Of a DNA stretch of 64,000 nt, positions 63,925 to 64,000 are shown in pieces. Below the pieces are notes generated by a model, which saw only the letters and a program-made list of their open reading frames with translations, did not search any database and was not told the DNA's origin. The translations under genes and the position numbers were made by a program. The stretch is from IMG/VR virus record IMGVR_UViG_3300011008_000020, one strand, 5' to 3'. Positions within the stretch are counted from its first letter, which is position 1. Each line of letters opens with the position of its first letter. Source of the stretch: a virus. Lineage: Duplodnaviria > Heunggongvirae > Uroviricota > Caudoviricetes.

Positions 63925-64000
63925 ATGGCACATGAAGCAAGCCAGAGCGAAGTCACAGCCGCCTTGAAGCGGCTCGGCAAATATCGCGGCCAGCTCAGTT
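63925..64000 (+). CDS. partial CDS (N-terminus only; continues beyond window)
   Basis: RBS AAAGGAGGAAGC then ATG; MAHEASQSEVTAALKRLGKYRGQLS. Confidence 0.45.
   Translation, partial: MAHEASQSEVTAALKRLGKYRGQLS

Noticed and set aside
1-64000. CRISPR array or reverse transcriptase/DGR
   Set aside because: No regularly spaced direct repeats were found. No ORF carries a YxDD reverse-transcriptase motif.

Overview
This window is high-GC (about 58-60%) and almost entirely coding on the minus strand. It reads as a large temperate myovirus-like prophage (Clostridia-type), ordered from right to left. A tyrosine integrase (60948-62138, +) sits at the right edge, with two immunity/switch regions to its left: an XRE divergent pair at 60.2-60.95 kb and a Cro/CI-like divergent pair at 58.35-59.16 kb. 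Further left are early genes: a NPPF N6-adenine MTase, a fused Mre11/Rad50-like SbcDC nuclease, a putative recombination/ssDNA-annealing protein, a DnaD-like replisome organizer, a DnaC-like loader, dCTP deaminase, a radical-SAM-motif Gp37/Gp68 protein and YopX. Then comes a long run of small accessory genes: an HsdM-like protein lacking the NPPF/Y motif, HNH endonucleases, an SPFH protein, a SpoU/TrmL-like RNA MTase, ASCH, DUF551, Bro-N and a ThyX-like protein with a degenerate RHR motif. Next is an IS630-family insertion (about 20704-21874) beside a tRNA 3' fragment with terminator (22240-22320). The late region follows: MazG, RecU-like resolvase, sigma-like regulator, HU, ParB-MTase fusion, TerS/TerL, portal, MuF-like protein with C-terminal extension, protease-scaffold fusion, HK97-type major capsid, connector proteins, and a tail sheath truncated at position 1. 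At least six near-identical sigma-A-type promoters (TTGACA-17/18-TATAAT) carry a conserved spacer motif (ATGACACCAT) that also forms a palindrome in the switch region next to int, which suggests a repressor-controlled early regulon. A second operator family (CAAATGTAG) marks the Cro/CI switch and the HU promoter. Right of int are a promoter-driven moron, a GC-rich leader and two tRNA-like elements with non-canonical anticodon arms. Long plus-strand ORFs in the track are antisense shadows of the minus-strand genes.
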